The notes: generated from the sequence alone by a model not told the origin. Positions 27,809 to 37,145 are shown, numbered from the stretch's first letter. The stretch is 64,000 bases of DNA from an uncultured Dehalococcoidia bacterium (GCA_958295765.1 CATQHB010000002.1:398424-462423); one strand, 5' to 3'. Program-made: numbers and translations.

Positions 27809-28060
27809 TCAGTCAGTCTTGCGAAACCTGCACACGCTTGCTACAGACTGCTCTGCCCATCTCACCCTAACCTCCCCCGACACCAGCCCCGGCAAAACTG
27901 CATCCCGCAAAGTGGCGAGAGTGCGGGATTCCGCTATGACCAACCGAACCGGTTCATCTAATAATAGGCCGAAGGTTCCAAAGGAATCAACTACTTCTGC
28001 TGGCGTTTCTACCGCTGCCAGTGCCTCAAATGTCCCTGTATGTTCGTGCTGCCGGATTTT
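27809..28060 (-). pseudogene. hsdS: Type I restriction-modification specificity subunit (HsdS) C-terminal remnant
   Basis: The tail of an otherwise antisense ORF reads ...ESRTLATLRDAVLPGLVSGEVRV, the conserved HsdS C-terminal helix motif. No N-terminal TRD, hsdM or hsdR is present. Confidence 0.5.
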
Positions 28061-28210
28061 CTGTTGCAACTCCTCAACTGCGTAGTAGGTGAATGAACTT
28101 GAATTACCCGCCCCCCGCCCCCATCCTTGACAAGCAGCATACGCTTCTTTAGCATCACTGATAAAGTGATAAAGTGCTGAAGTGCTAAAGCCGGAGCGGG
28201 AGGTGTGCTT

Positions 28211-29461
28211 ATGAAAGCCCTGGTCGGAGCCAATCTTATAGACGGAACCGGTGGCCCGGTGGTCAACGATGCTACGGTCTTGATTGACGGCGAGCGCATT
28301 GTGGAAACCGGCCGGCGCGAGGCGGTCGTCCTGCCGCCCAACACCGAAGTAGTTGACCTGGCCGGCCTGACCCTGATGCCCGGCATGATTGACTGCCACG
28401 ACCATCTGGCCTCCAAGGATTACGGGCTGCCCAGCCGGATGGGTTACCACGAACCCCTGTCCCTCCAGCACCTGCGCACCGCCCGGGTCCTGGAGCAGAC
28501 CCTGGCCGCCGGTTATACCTGCGTCCGGGACGCCGGGGGGCTGGATGCCGGTTTCAAGCAGGCGGTGGAGCAGGGGCTGTACCCCGGCCCCCGGCTGGTG
28601 CTGTCGGTAGCCATTATTTCCCCCACCGGCGGGCTGGCCGACAAGGTAACGCCCTCCGGCCAGTGCTATCCCCACGATGACCCGATGATACCCTCCGGGG
28701 TGGCCGACGGGGATGATCCGGTGCGGGCCAAGGTTCGGGAGATGGCCCGGGTGGGCGCCGACGTCATCAAGTTCGCTACCACCGGCGGGGCCAGTTCCCG
28801 CCCCGGACACGGCCCGCTGGACATTGCCTTTGGCCCTTCGGAAGTGCGCGCCCTGATTGCGGAGGCGCAAGCCCTGGGGCGCCGGACGATGTGCCACGCC
28901 GTCGGCGGGCCGGGCCTGCGAATGTGCGTCGAGGCCGGCGCCCACTCCATAGAACACGGCTGCTACTTGGCCGAAGACCCGGACCTGCTCAAGATGATGG
29001 CCGACAACGGCATTTTCCTGGTGCCTACTTTTGAGATTTACGAATTTCACGCCACCCTCAGCGCGCCCCATATGCAGGCCCGCTCCCGCGCCCTGATGGA
29101 CATTCACCGGGAGACGCTGCACCAGGCCCTGGCCGCCGGGGTCAAGGTCGTGGCCGGCACCGACGCCGGCGGGTACGTTCACGGCGACAACGCCCGGGAA
29201 GTCCAGATTATGGTGGAACGGGGTATGCCCAATATGCAGGCCATCCAGGCTTGCACCGGCTGGGCCGCCGAATGTGTTGGTCTGGGTAAGGACATCGGCA
29301 CGGTGACCAAAGGGAAGTACGCCGACCTGCTGGTCGTGGACGGCGACCCGCTCCGCCACATTGAGGTCTTGCGCCAACCGGAGAGCATCAAGCTGGTAAT
29401 GAAGGGCGGGGTCGCCGCCGTGGACAAGCTGCCGGCCCGCGCCCCGTCCCTGGTAGCGTAA
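28211..29461 (+). CDS. Amidohydrolase-family metal-dependent hydrolase
   Basis: MPGMIDCHDHL, CHAVG, GTDAG, and the N-terminal beta-sandwich ILIDGERIV. GGGAGG RBS lies 7 nt before ATG 28211. Confidence 0.85.
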   Translation: MKALVGANLIDGTGGPVVNDATVLIDGERIVETGRREAVVLPPNTEVVDLAGLTLMPGMIDCHDHLASKDYGLPSRMGYHEPLSLQHLRTARVLEQTLAAGYTCVRDAGGLDAGFKQAVEQGLYPGPRLVLSVAIISPTGGLADKVTPSGQCYPHDDPMIPSGVADGDDPVRAKVREMARVGADVIKFATTGGASSRPGHGPLDIAFGPSEVRALIAEAQALGRRTMCHAVGGPGLRMCVEAGAHSIEHGCYLAEDPDLLKMMADNGIFLVPTFEIYEFHATLSAPHMQARSRALMDIHRETLHQALAAGVKVVAGTDAGGYVHGDNAREVQIMVERGMPNMQAIQACTGWAAECVGLGKDIGTVTKGKYADLLVVDGDPLRHIEVLRQPESIKLVMKGGVAAVDKLPARAPSLVA

Positions 29462-29464
29462 TCG

Positions 29465-29550
29465 GGGATATTCTCAACGTAGGTTGGTATTCCCGGCCCG
29501 GCCGTTTTCCGGTGAGGCGCGGGCAATACCAGCCCACGTTGGCAATGCCC
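29465..29550. mobile_element. Family A short form (A5)
   Basis: GGGATATTCTCAACGTAGGTTGGTATTCC ... ATACCAGCCCACGTTGGCAATGCCC. Confidence 0.5.
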
Positions 29551-29586
29551 AAGAGGGGTTTTCGACATGGTTGAAATGACACCGCT

Positions 29587-30378
29587 ATGCGCTATCACGT
29601 TTTAACCCTTTTCCCGGAAGCCTTTGCCGGGCCGGTGGAACACAGTATGCTGGGCCGGGCGGCGCGGCGGGGCCTGCTGTCGGTTCAGGTTACCGACATC
29701 CGTTCCTATACCCGGGACGCTCACGGCACGGCCGACGATTACCAGTTCGGCGGGGGCCACGGTATGGTGCTCAAGCCGGAGCCGATATTCGAGGCGACCG
29801 AGGAGGCGCTGGCTGCTTATCCGATGACGGAACGGGGCGCCGTTCCCGTAGTATTGCTGTCCCCCCAGGGCCGGACGCTGAACCAACAACTGGTGCTGGA
29901 GTTGGCCCCCGCGCCGGGCCTGGTACTGATTTGCGGCCATTACGCCGGGGTGGATGAGAGGGTGCGGTCGCACCTGGCGACCCATGACGTAAGCATCGGC
30001 GACTACGTGCTGACCGGCGGGGAGTTGGCGGCTATGGTGGTAATTGACGCCGTGTCCCGGTTCACGCCGGGGGTAGTGGGTTCAGCGGAGAACGTGCAGG
30101 AGGATTCCATCACCTCCGGGCTGCTCCAGCATCCCCTTTATACCCGACCCGCCGAGTTTCGGGGTATGGATACGCCGGAAGTTCTCCGCTCCGGCAACCA
30201 CGCTGAGATTGACCGCTGGCGCCGCCAGGAGTCCCTGCGGCGCACCCTGGCCCGCCGCCCCGACCTGCTGGAGACTGCCGACTTGACCGCCGCGGACCGG
30301 GAATACCTGGCCGGCTTGGGCTACTCCGGTCGCGCCGACGGCGATTCCGACAATAACTCGCCCCGGCCCGCCGGCTAA
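29587..30378 (+). CDS. trmD: tRNA (guanine37-N1)-methyltransferase
   Basis: VLTLFPEAF, DDYQFGGGHGMVLKPEP, GHYAGVDERV, SIGDYVLTGGE. Confidence 0.92.
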   Translation: MRYHVLTLFPEAFAGPVEHSMLGRAARRGLLSVQVTDIRSYTRDAHGTADDYQFGGGHGMVLKPEPIFEATEEALAAYPMTERGAVPVVLLSPQGRTLNQQLVLELAPAPGLVLICGHYAGVDERVRSHLATHDVSIGDYVLTGGELAAMVVIDAVSRFTPGVVGSAENVQEDSITSGLLQHPLYTRPAEFRGMDTPEVLRSGNHAEIDRWRRQESLRRTLARRPDLLETADLTAADREYLAGLGYSGRADGDSDNNSPRPAG

Positions 30379-30382
30379 CCAA

Positions 30383-30874
30383 GTGTCCAAGGCAGAGTTC
30401 AAGTTCTCTACCCCGATCCGGGTGCGCTGGATGGAGTGCGACGCCCAGGGCATCGTGTTTAATGGGGCCTACCTGGGCTACCTGGAAATCGCCCAGGCCG
30501 AGTATTTCCGCAACCTGGGGTTTTCCATTTACCGAATTGCCCAGCAGGGTTACTTTGACAGCGCGGTGGTCAAGGCCGACCTGGAGTTCAAGGCGCCGGC
30601 CCGGGTTGATGAGCAACTGGAACTCTATGCTCGCGTTACCCGAATCGGCAATACCAGCTTGACTTTGCGGGTAGAGATTTACCCGGAGGATTCAGAAAGG
30701 CTGTTGACGCTCATTGAGGCGGTGTACGTCGGTTTCTACGCCGAATCGGGCACCACCCGCCCGGTGCCCGACTCAATCCGCGCCCTGATTGACCACTACG
30801 AGGCCACCGGGGAGGTTCTGCCCCTGACCCGGTTCCCGGAGTTGGCCGAGGCGGCGGGGTTTATTCAGGAATAG
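30383..30874 (+). CDS. 4HBT/YbgC-like acyl-CoA thioesterase
   Basis: Hot-dog fold pattern: VRWMECDAQGIVFNGAYLGYLE. GTG start. Confidence 0.7.
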   Translation: MSKAEFKFSTPIRVRWMECDAQGIVFNGAYLGYLEIAQAEYFRNLGFSIYRIAQQGYFDSAVVKADLEFKAPARVDEQLELYARVTRIGNTSLTLRVEIYPEDSERLLTLIEAVYVGFYAESGTTRPVPDSIRALIDHYEATGEVLPLTRFPELAEAAGFIQE

Positions 30875-30939
30875 ACCCGAATAATCACGAATTGAGTATA
30901 GGAGTTACGCAGTTGGCAAGTCATTCGAACAATTAGTCT

Positions 30940-31050
30940 GTCATTCCGACCGCAGGGAGGAATCTAAAATGCCTGCCCTTGCCAACTTCCGGTTCCGACA
31001 GAAACCGCTCCGATGAAGGAGTTTAGATTCCTCGCTCCGCTCGGAATGAC
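30940..31050. repeat. Family C inverted-repeat element (C2)
   Basis: GTCATTCCGACCGCAGGGAGGAATCTAAA ... TTTAGATTCCTCGCTCCGCTCGGAATGAC. Confidence 0.65.
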
Positions 31051-31133
31051 ATAGAACTTTTCAGAATGGCTTGGAACTTTCAACGCCACCGGGCTTTCAA
31101 TGTTCCCTGATACTCGTGGCTGAACACCACCGG

Positions 31134-32054
31134 TCAGGTCATAAATACCGGGCTGTCGTCCCGGTTGACGCGGGTTTCGGCGGCGATGCTGCTGCGGAGA
31201 AACTTGGGCAGGTTGAACATACTCAGGTGGGTCTCCCCGTCGTAAAACGCCAACTCATGGCCCAGCCGTTGGGCGATTAAGCCGTCCACCGCGGCGGCGC
31301 TGAGCGATTGCAGGGGCGAGTCGGAGGCCAGGGTAAAGCCCCACAGGGTTTGGAAAGCCGGGACGTGCACCTGGTACGGGGTGCTATGGGCGAAAATTGA
31401 GGACAGGGTCCGGTAAATGGTGGTGAAACATTCCTGGTGGCTCAGCAGCCCGGCCGGGCCGGACTGGGTAACCAGGATGCCCCCCGGCTTCAGCCGGGAG
31501 CGGACCAGGTTGTAGTATTCCTGGGTGTAGAGCAGATAGGCCGTCCCCCCTTCCAGCGGGTCAACCAAATCCATAATCATCACGTCGAACTGCTCGCCGG
31601 TGTTCTCCAGGTAGCCCCGGGCGTCCTGGTGCAACAACTCCACGCGGGGGTCATCAAAGCTGCCCTGATGGTGGTTGGGCAGGTGCTGGCGGCACAGTTC
31701 CACCACTTCCCGATCCAGGTCAAGCATCACCGCCCGCTGCACCGACCGGTGGGAAAGCGCCTCCCGCAGGGTGCCGCCCTCGCCGCCGCCGCCGATAAAG
31801 ACGCTGACCGGGTTGGGGTGCAGCAGCATCGCCGGCTGCACCAGGGACTGGTGGTAAATGTGTTCGTCCCGCTCCGTGGATTGGGTCTTTCCATCCAGCA
31901 CCAGGCTGCGGCCAAAGAGCCGGGACTCCACCACCTCTACGTGCTGATAGGCGGTTCGGCCGGAGAAAAGCACCTGCTGAACCCGCAGCATCACCGCCAG
32001 GTCGGGATAGACGCCCTCCAGGAGCCACTTGCCGGATATTTCGTCGGTCGTCAC
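31134..32054 (-). CDS. speE: Spermidine synthase
   Basis: YQHVEVVES..GRSLVLDG, IGGGGEGGTLRE, DLVDP. GTG at 32054 avoids overlap with speH. The track ORF extends to 32147. Confidence 0.85.
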   Translation of the reverse strand: MTTDEISGKWLLEGVYPDLAVMLRVQQVLFSGRTAYQHVEVVESRLFGRSLVLDGKTQSTERDEHIYHQSLVQPAMLLHPNPVSVFIGGGGEGGTLREALSHRSVQRAVMLDLDREVVELCRQHLPNHHQGSFDDPRVELLHQDARGYLENTGEQFDVMIMDLVDPLEGGTAYLLYTQEYYNLVRSRLKPGGILVTQSGPAGLLSHQECFTTIYRTLSSIFAHSTPYQVHVPAFQTLWGFTLASDSPLQSLSAAAVDGLIAQRLGHELAFYDGETHLSMFNLPKFLRSSIAAETRVNRDDSPVFMT

Positions 32055-32070
32055 TGCGCCATCCTGCGGG

Positions 32071-32436
32071 CTAGATTCCCACCGGCAGGGAAAGCAACCC
32101 GCGCCGAACTTCGGTGATTTCCGGGCACCCGGACTCGAACTGTTCAATCAGGACGGCGGCGGCGTCTCTGGGTTGAAAGGTGGAGCCACAGGTAAAGATG
32201 TCGGCGGCGGCGTAACGGTATTCCGGCCAGGTGTGAATCGATATATGGGATTCGGCGATGGAGAGAATACCGGTTATTCCCTGGGGAGTGAACCGGTGGA
32301 AAGATTCGCCGACAATATGCGCCCCCACGTCCTCGGCAGCGCGGATGAGCGCATTGCGGACGTAGTCTAAATTGTCAAGGAGTTCGGGGTTACACTCCTT
32401 GAGTTCCAACAAAAGGTGCAGACCTAGTACATTCAA
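32071..32436 (-). CDS. speH: S-adenosylmethionine decarboxylase proenzyme (class 1, pyruvoyl)
   Basis: Self-cleavage motif SIAESHISIHTWPE. Confidence 0.88.
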   Translation of the reverse strand: MNVLGLHLLLELKECNPELLDNLDYVRNALIRAAEDVGAHIVGESFHRFTPQGITGILSIAESHISIHTWPEYRYAAADIFTCGSTFQPRDAAAVLIEQFESGCPEITEVRRGLLSLPVGI

Positions 32437-32700
32437 TCACCTGCCCTCCTCTTCATTATCGGGGTCTCCCCCTGAATGAGTGAAACGAATATAGATTTTA
32501 TATCTATTTCCCGGCGTAAGCAATACCCCCCGGCAAAATGGTATTTTCCACCGCCGCCGGCGTTGCGAATGTTCCGGCCCGGCAACGGCATCAGGGATAT
32601 TTTCCCCTAACCGGAGATAAAATTACGGGGACAAGACAGGGGGATTTGTCATAATCTTAATTTATATAAAATGGATGTGGACGTGGAGCGGAGGTGTGGT

Positions 32701-33768
32701 ATGGGTTCCTTTCCCCCTGTAAGGCCGGCGGCGCGGCGGGCCGGGGTTCTGCTGCCGGCGCTGGCCCTGGGCCTTTTGGGCCTTTTGATGGTATTGAGTG
32801 CGGCCTGTCTGCCCGGCGGCGGGAACCCGATAGTCTTTGTTTCCGACTCCGACGGCGACCCGGAGATTTACCTGTTGGACCCGGAGAACGGCGAAACTAC
32901 CCGGCTCACCAACAACGAGGCCCCGGACCTTACCCCCCGCTGGTCGCCGGACGGCGAGTATATCGCCTACACCTCCCACGAGTCGGGCAACGAAGAGGTA
33001 AACCTGCTGGACAAGAAGGGCGCCCAGTTCCGCCGGCTGACCAACAACCCCGGCGCCGACGGTTCTCCCTGGTGGGCGCCGGAAAATGACCGGCTGGCTT
33101 TCTTTTCGGAGCGGGCGGAAGGCGGGGAAACCGTTGCCGAAATCTATTCAATGAATACCCAGGGCGGCGAGCTTTCCCGAGTCAGCTTTAACGCCACCCC
33201 GGAGCGGCTGGGCGGCTGGTCGCCCAACGGCGAGTGGGTAGTTTTTCACGCCGAAGATTCCTGGGAAGAGCGGGGCCTGTGGCTGCGCAACCCCCTGGGG
33301 GTGAACCTGATACGGCTGACCGAGGGCCAGGACTCCCAGCCGGTCTGGTCGCCCAACGGCCGGTACATCGCCTTTGTCCGGCAGCAGGGCGACGCCGCCG
33401 ACATCTACGTCGTCCGCAAGTCCACCGACGGCGATTGGGGCGACGGCGTAGAAGAGGAGCGGCTGACCCAAAGCGACTCCGATGATATTTCCCCGGCCTG
33501 GCATCCCGACAGCAAAATCCTGGCCTTCGTATCATCCAGGGACGGCAACCCGGAGATTTACACCATCCAGGCCGATGGCGCCAACCCCCAGCGTTTGACC
33601 CGGAACGCCGCCGCCGACCAGGCCCCGGTCTGGTCGCCCAACGGCAAGCAAATCGCCTTCGTTACCTACCTTTTCGGCACCGCCGAGATTCTGGTTATGG
33701 AGGCCGACGGCAGCAACCAGCGGCGGCTAACCAACAACACCTTTGAGGATGACAGCCCGGATTGGTAA
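32701..33768 (+). CDS. TolB-like PD40/WD40 beta-propeller lipoprotein
   Basis: Signal peptide plus lipobox LSAAC. Repeated P.WSPDG..IAF... motifs. Confidence 0.8.
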   Translation: MGSFPPVRPAARRAGVLLPALALGLLGLLMVLSAACLPGGGNPIVFVSDSDGDPEIYLLDPENGETTRLTNNEAPDLTPRWSPDGEYIAYTSHESGNEEVNLLDKKGAQFRRLTNNPGADGSPWWAPENDRLAFFSERAEGGETVAEIYSMNTQGGELSRVSFNATPERLGGWSPNGEWVVFHAEDSWEERGLWLRNPLGVNLIRLTEGQDSQPVWSPNGRYIAFVRQQGDAADIYVVRKSTDGDWGDGVEEERLTQSDSDDISPAWHPDSKILAFVSSRDGNPEIYTIQADGANPQRLTRNAAADQAPVWSPNGKQIAFVTYLFGTAEILVMEADGSNQRRLTNNTFEDDSPDW

Positions 33769-33790
33769 GGCGCCGGCCCGGTGAAAATCC

Positions 33791-34000
33791 GGTATTTCCA
33801 ACATTTATTGGTATTCCTTGCCCGAACCGGCGCCGGTGGATTGTAATTGTAGGGGCGGGTTTGTAACCCGCCCTGGCTCGAGTGCCGGAATAGGTCGCTA
33901 TGACCCTCCCGTTTTCCAGTAAATCCCTTGCCGTTGAACGTAGGGCGGGTTACAAACCCGCCCCTACCTTGATGATAATACCAAAAGCGTTGCTAATACC
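33791..34000. mobile_element. Family A nested MITE-like element (A6)
   Basis: Outer arms GGTATTTCCAACATTTATTGGTATTCC and ATACCAAAAGCGTTGCTAATACC. The inner hairpin-bounded element is at 33849..33967. Confidence 0.6.
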
Positions 34001-34031
34001 CCGGAATCACTACCAGGCAATCGCACCATAA

Positions 34032-34133
34032 AACCGTCGTTCCGGCGAAAGCCGGAATCCAGAACCCTCGGTAGCCGGGTCGTGCTTTTCCGGTAGGATT
34101 TCCTGGATTCCGGCTTTCGCCGGAACGACGGTT
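34032..34133. repeat. Family B element (B4), internal segment inverted relative to B1/B3/B5
   Basis: Same arms. The core reads AACCCTCGGTAGCCGGGTCGTGCTTTTCCGGTAGGATTTCC. Confidence 0.7.
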
Positions 34134-34214
34134 GTTTGGGTTGCCATAGGTATGACACGATTGCCCCGGAATCTCCCTTCGACAAGCCCGGCGCCGGATG
34201 CTAAACTCCCTTTG

Positions 34215-34811
34215 ATGAATAGTAGTGAGCGCAGCGTGGATTATCGGAGCATCGCCCCTATAATGGGCCGCCTCTGGTCGCCCTTGGCCGCCGTGACCAG
34301 CCGGTGGCAGGGCCGGGCCAATGCTCAGATTGCCGTCGCCATCAGCGCCGCCTCTATCGTACCCGACCGTCCCCGGGTGCTGGTCCAGATATACAAGGAA
34401 AACTACAGCCACGACCTCATCCACCGGAGCCGGGCCTTTGCCCTCAACTTTCTGCGGAAAGACCAGCTTCAGCTAATCAGGGATTTCGGCTTTGTTTCCG
34501 GCGGCGACCGGGATAAGCTGGACGGGGTGGAATATACGGAGAAGGTAACCGGCAGCCCGGTGCTTAAAGACTGCCTGGGCTACCTGGATTGCCGGGTGGT
34601 CAACGGGATGGACGGCGGCGATATGACCTGTTTCCTCGCCGAGGTTCTGGACGGCTACGTCAACCCGGACCAGGAACCGCTGACCTGGCGGGAGGCCCGG
34701 CGGCTCATTCCGCCGGAATGGAACGAGGAATGGTCGGTCAAAATCGGCGCCAACATCGCCGTCTCCCGGGAACAAATGGGAGACATTGATTATACCCCCT
34801 GGATACCATAG
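34215..34811 (+). CDS. Flavin reductase-like (FMN-binding split-barrel) protein
   Basis: Pattern MGRLWSPLAAVTS...FALNFL...GSPVLKDCLGYLDCRVV. Start uncertain (34152, 34215 or 34263). Confidence 0.65.
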   Translation: MNSSERSVDYRSIAPIMGRLWSPLAAVTSRWQGRANAQIAVAISAASIVPDRPRVLVQIYKENYSHDLIHRSRAFALNFLRKDQLQLIRDFGFVSGGDRDKLDGVEYTEKVTGSPVLKDCLGYLDCRVVNGMDGGDMTCFLAEVLDGYVNPDQEPLTWREARRLIPPEWNEEWSVKIGANIAVSREQMGDIDYTPWIP

Positions 34812-34856
34812 CAAGACCAGGGATAGCCTAATGAGAAAGGCCGCAGGGTATTGGAA

Positions 34857-36062
34857 ATGAGCGAGATTGAGGATGTCATCGTAAAAATCCACGCTACGCC
34901 GCACAAGTCGGTGCTGGTGGCGGCCGGCGCCGGCAGCAGCGCTATGTCCTGGCTGCTGGGGGTCTCCGGCGCCTCCCGCACCCTGTTGGAGACCCTGGTT
35001 CCCTACGGGCGGTTTTCTATGATTGACCTGGTGGGGCAGGAACCGGCCCAATACGTATCGCCGGAAAACGCCCGGGATATGGCCCGCGCCGCCTACCGCC
35101 GGGGCCTGGCGCTGCGGGAGGATGACTCCCCGGTAGTCGGCCTGGCCTGCACCGCCACCATCGCCACCGACCGGCCCAAGCGCGGCGACCACCGGGCCTG
35201 CATTGCCGCCTGGGACGACACCCGCGTTACCGCCTATAACCTGACCCTGGATAAGGGCCACCGGGACCGGGTAGGTGAGGAGGAGGTAGTCAGCCGGTTG
35301 GTAATTCACGCCATGGCCCAAGCCTTTGGCGTCGCGGCAGACCTGAACCTGGGCCTGACCGAGGTGGAGCGGCCGGAGATAATAACCCGGCATCACCCCG
35401 GCCCGGTGCAGCGTCTCCTGTCCGGCGAGGTCAACACCGTCCTGGCCCACCCCGACGGGCGGTTGACCGTCAGGGATGAGCCTTTGGCCCCGAACTTGGC
35501 GCAGGACGGGGATGATGGTGATAGTGGCGGGTTTGCCGTCCTGCCCGGCTCTTTCAGCCCGTTGCATTACGGCCATGAGGAACTGGCCCGCATCGCCGGG
35601 GAAATGCTGGGCCGGGAGGTGGTGTACGAACTGTCGGTGCTGAACGTGGACAAGCCGCCCCTGGAAGAATCGGAGATAATGCGGCGGGTGGGCCAGTTCT
35701 CCGGCAAAGATGCCGGCAGGGATGTCGGTAAGGGCAAGGTGGCCCTGACCCGCGCCCCAACCTTCCGCACAAAGGCCGACCGGTTCCCCGGCTCCGTTTT
35801 CGTCATCGGTTGGGACACCCTGACTCGCTTGATTGACCCCAAGTATTACGGGGGAGAGGAAGCGGCAATGCTGACCGCCCTGGCCGAGATTTGGGCCTTG
35901 GGCTGCCGTTTCCTGGTCGCCGGCCGGGCCAGCGGCGGCGTATTCCACACCCTGGACGAAGTGGCGATACCGCAGGGTTTCCGGCTCCTGTTCCAGGCCA
36001 TCCCCGAAAATAGTTTCCGGGCCGACATATCATCTACCGAGTTGCGGGAACGGGGTGGGTAG
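34857..36062 (+). CDS. Fusion of a CinA C-terminal/PncC-like domain and an HxGH nucleotidyltransferase (NadD/NMNAT-like)
   Basis: N-terminal LVAAGAGSSAMSWLLGVSGASRTLLETLVPY...ACTATIATDRPKRG. C-terminal LPGSFSPLHYGHEELA. Confidence 0.55.
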   Translation: MSEIEDVIVKIHATPHKSVLVAAGAGSSAMSWLLGVSGASRTLLETLVPYGRFSMIDLVGQEPAQYVSPENARDMARAAYRRGLALREDDSPVVGLACTATIATDRPKRGDHRACIAAWDDTRVTAYNLTLDKGHRDRVGEEEVVSRLVIHAMAQAFGVAADLNLGLTEVERPEIITRHHPGPVQRLLSGEVNTVLAHPDGRLTVRDEPLAPNLAQDGDDGDSGGFAVLPGSFSPLHYGHEELARIAGEMLGREVVYELSVLNVDKPPLEESEIMRRVGQFSGKDAGRDVGKGKVALTRAPTFRTKADRFPGSVFVIGWDTLTRLIDPKYYGGEEAAMLTALAEIWALGCRFLVAGRASGGVFHTLDEVAIPQGFRLLFQAIPENSFRADISSTELRERGG

Positions 36063-36122
36063 AGACTTAATTGAGATTTGCGGGGTTATTTCACCGGCCC
36101 CGCTCTTTTGGAGTAAATACTT

Positions 36123-36245
36123 CGCTCATCCTGAGTCTGTCGAAGGATGAAGGGATGGTTCGACAAGCTCACCATGAGCGGTTAGTGCCTAACTATGAGC
36201 GGTTGCGGATTCACCATGAGCGGCTACGGTCTCACCGTTAGCGGT
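36123..36245. repeat. Family D repeat cluster (D4)
   Basis: CGCTCATCCTGAGTCTGTCGAAGG ... GGTTCGACAAGCTCACCATGAGCGG plus further CCATGAGCGG iterations. Confidence 0.6.
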
Positions 36246-36336
36246 GGTATGGGTAATGGGCAAGAATCAAAAGACCCCCGCCTACTGACCGGCAAGCATT
36301 GACTACCGGGGCCGGCCCCGATACAATCGGGGCCAC

Positions 36337-37035
36337 ATGACGCGTATATTTGACCTACATATCCACACCACCAAGGGCAGCGCCGACAGCAACCTTTCCC
36401 CCGAAGACCTGATTCTGGAAGCGGAACGCTTGGGCCTGCGGGGTCTGTGTATTACCGAACACAGCGGCCCCTGGGATCGGCACGAGTTTGAGCGGTTTGC
36501 CGCCCTCCATAACGTGGTGCTGGTGCGGGCCATGGAAGCCGATACCGATATGGGCCATATGCTGGCCTTTGGCCTGGATCGCTACCAGTCCGGCTTTTAC
36601 CATGCGGAGGAACTGTGCCGGGCCGCCCGGGCCGCAGGCGGGTTCGTGGTCAGCGCCCACCCCTTCCGGGGCGTGCTGGGCAAGCATATGCGGGGCCGGC
36701 CCTACCTTTACCGTTCCCTGCCCAACGCTCCCTTGCCCCGGATTCCCGAGGATGCGCTGGAACACCCGGTTTTCAAGCTGGCCCACGCCATTGAGGTAGT
36801 CAACGGCGGCACGGCTGATGAGGAAAACGGCTTTGCTATGGAAGTAGCCAGCCTGTTGGGAATGTCGGTAACCGGCGGCAGCGACGCCCACTCAACTCAC
36901 GGCCTGGGGCGCTACGTTACCGCCTTTGCCGACGAAATTCACTCCGAGGCCGAGTTCCTGACCGCGCTGCACTCCGGCAAGTTCTTTCCCGCCGTCGGGC
37001 TGCGCTCCGGCCAGTTGCGGCCCTATACCGGATAA
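36337..37035 (+). CDS. PHP-domain metal-dependent phosphoesterase
   Basis: FDLHIHTTKGSADS, CITEHS, GGSDAH. Confidence 0.8.
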   Translation: MTRIFDLHIHTTKGSADSNLSPEDLILEAERLGLRGLCITEHSGPWDRHEFERFAALHNVVLVRAMEADTDMGHMLAFGLDRYQSGFYHAEELCRAARAAGGFVVSAHPFRGVLGKHMRGRPYLYRSLPNAPLPRIPEDALEHPVFKLAHAIEVVNGGTADEENGFAMEVASLLGMSVTGGSDAHSTHGLGRYVTAFADEIHSEAEFLTALHSGKFFPAVGLRSGQLRPYTG

Positions 37036-37145
37036 GCCTTACCCAATCCCGACCCAATCCCGGATTAGACCCGAAGACCCGCCAATTCAGCCAACCCTTC
37101 CTGATAATTCCGGCTCATTCGTGAACCCCATAAAGGTCTGCTGAT

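Noticed and set aside
28100-29377. Upstream ~430 codons of the 522-aa minus ORF 27809..29377
   Set aside because: This part is antisense to the amidohydrolase gene. Only the last ~85 codons (27809..28060) look like real HsdS-derived sequence, so the long ORF is a chimera of a remnant plus a shadow frame.
29587-30378. trmD outside the canonical rpsP-rimM-trmD-rplS cluster
   Set aside because: This is a real observation, but operon dispersal of this kind is frequent in non-model phyla and is not considered noteworthy.
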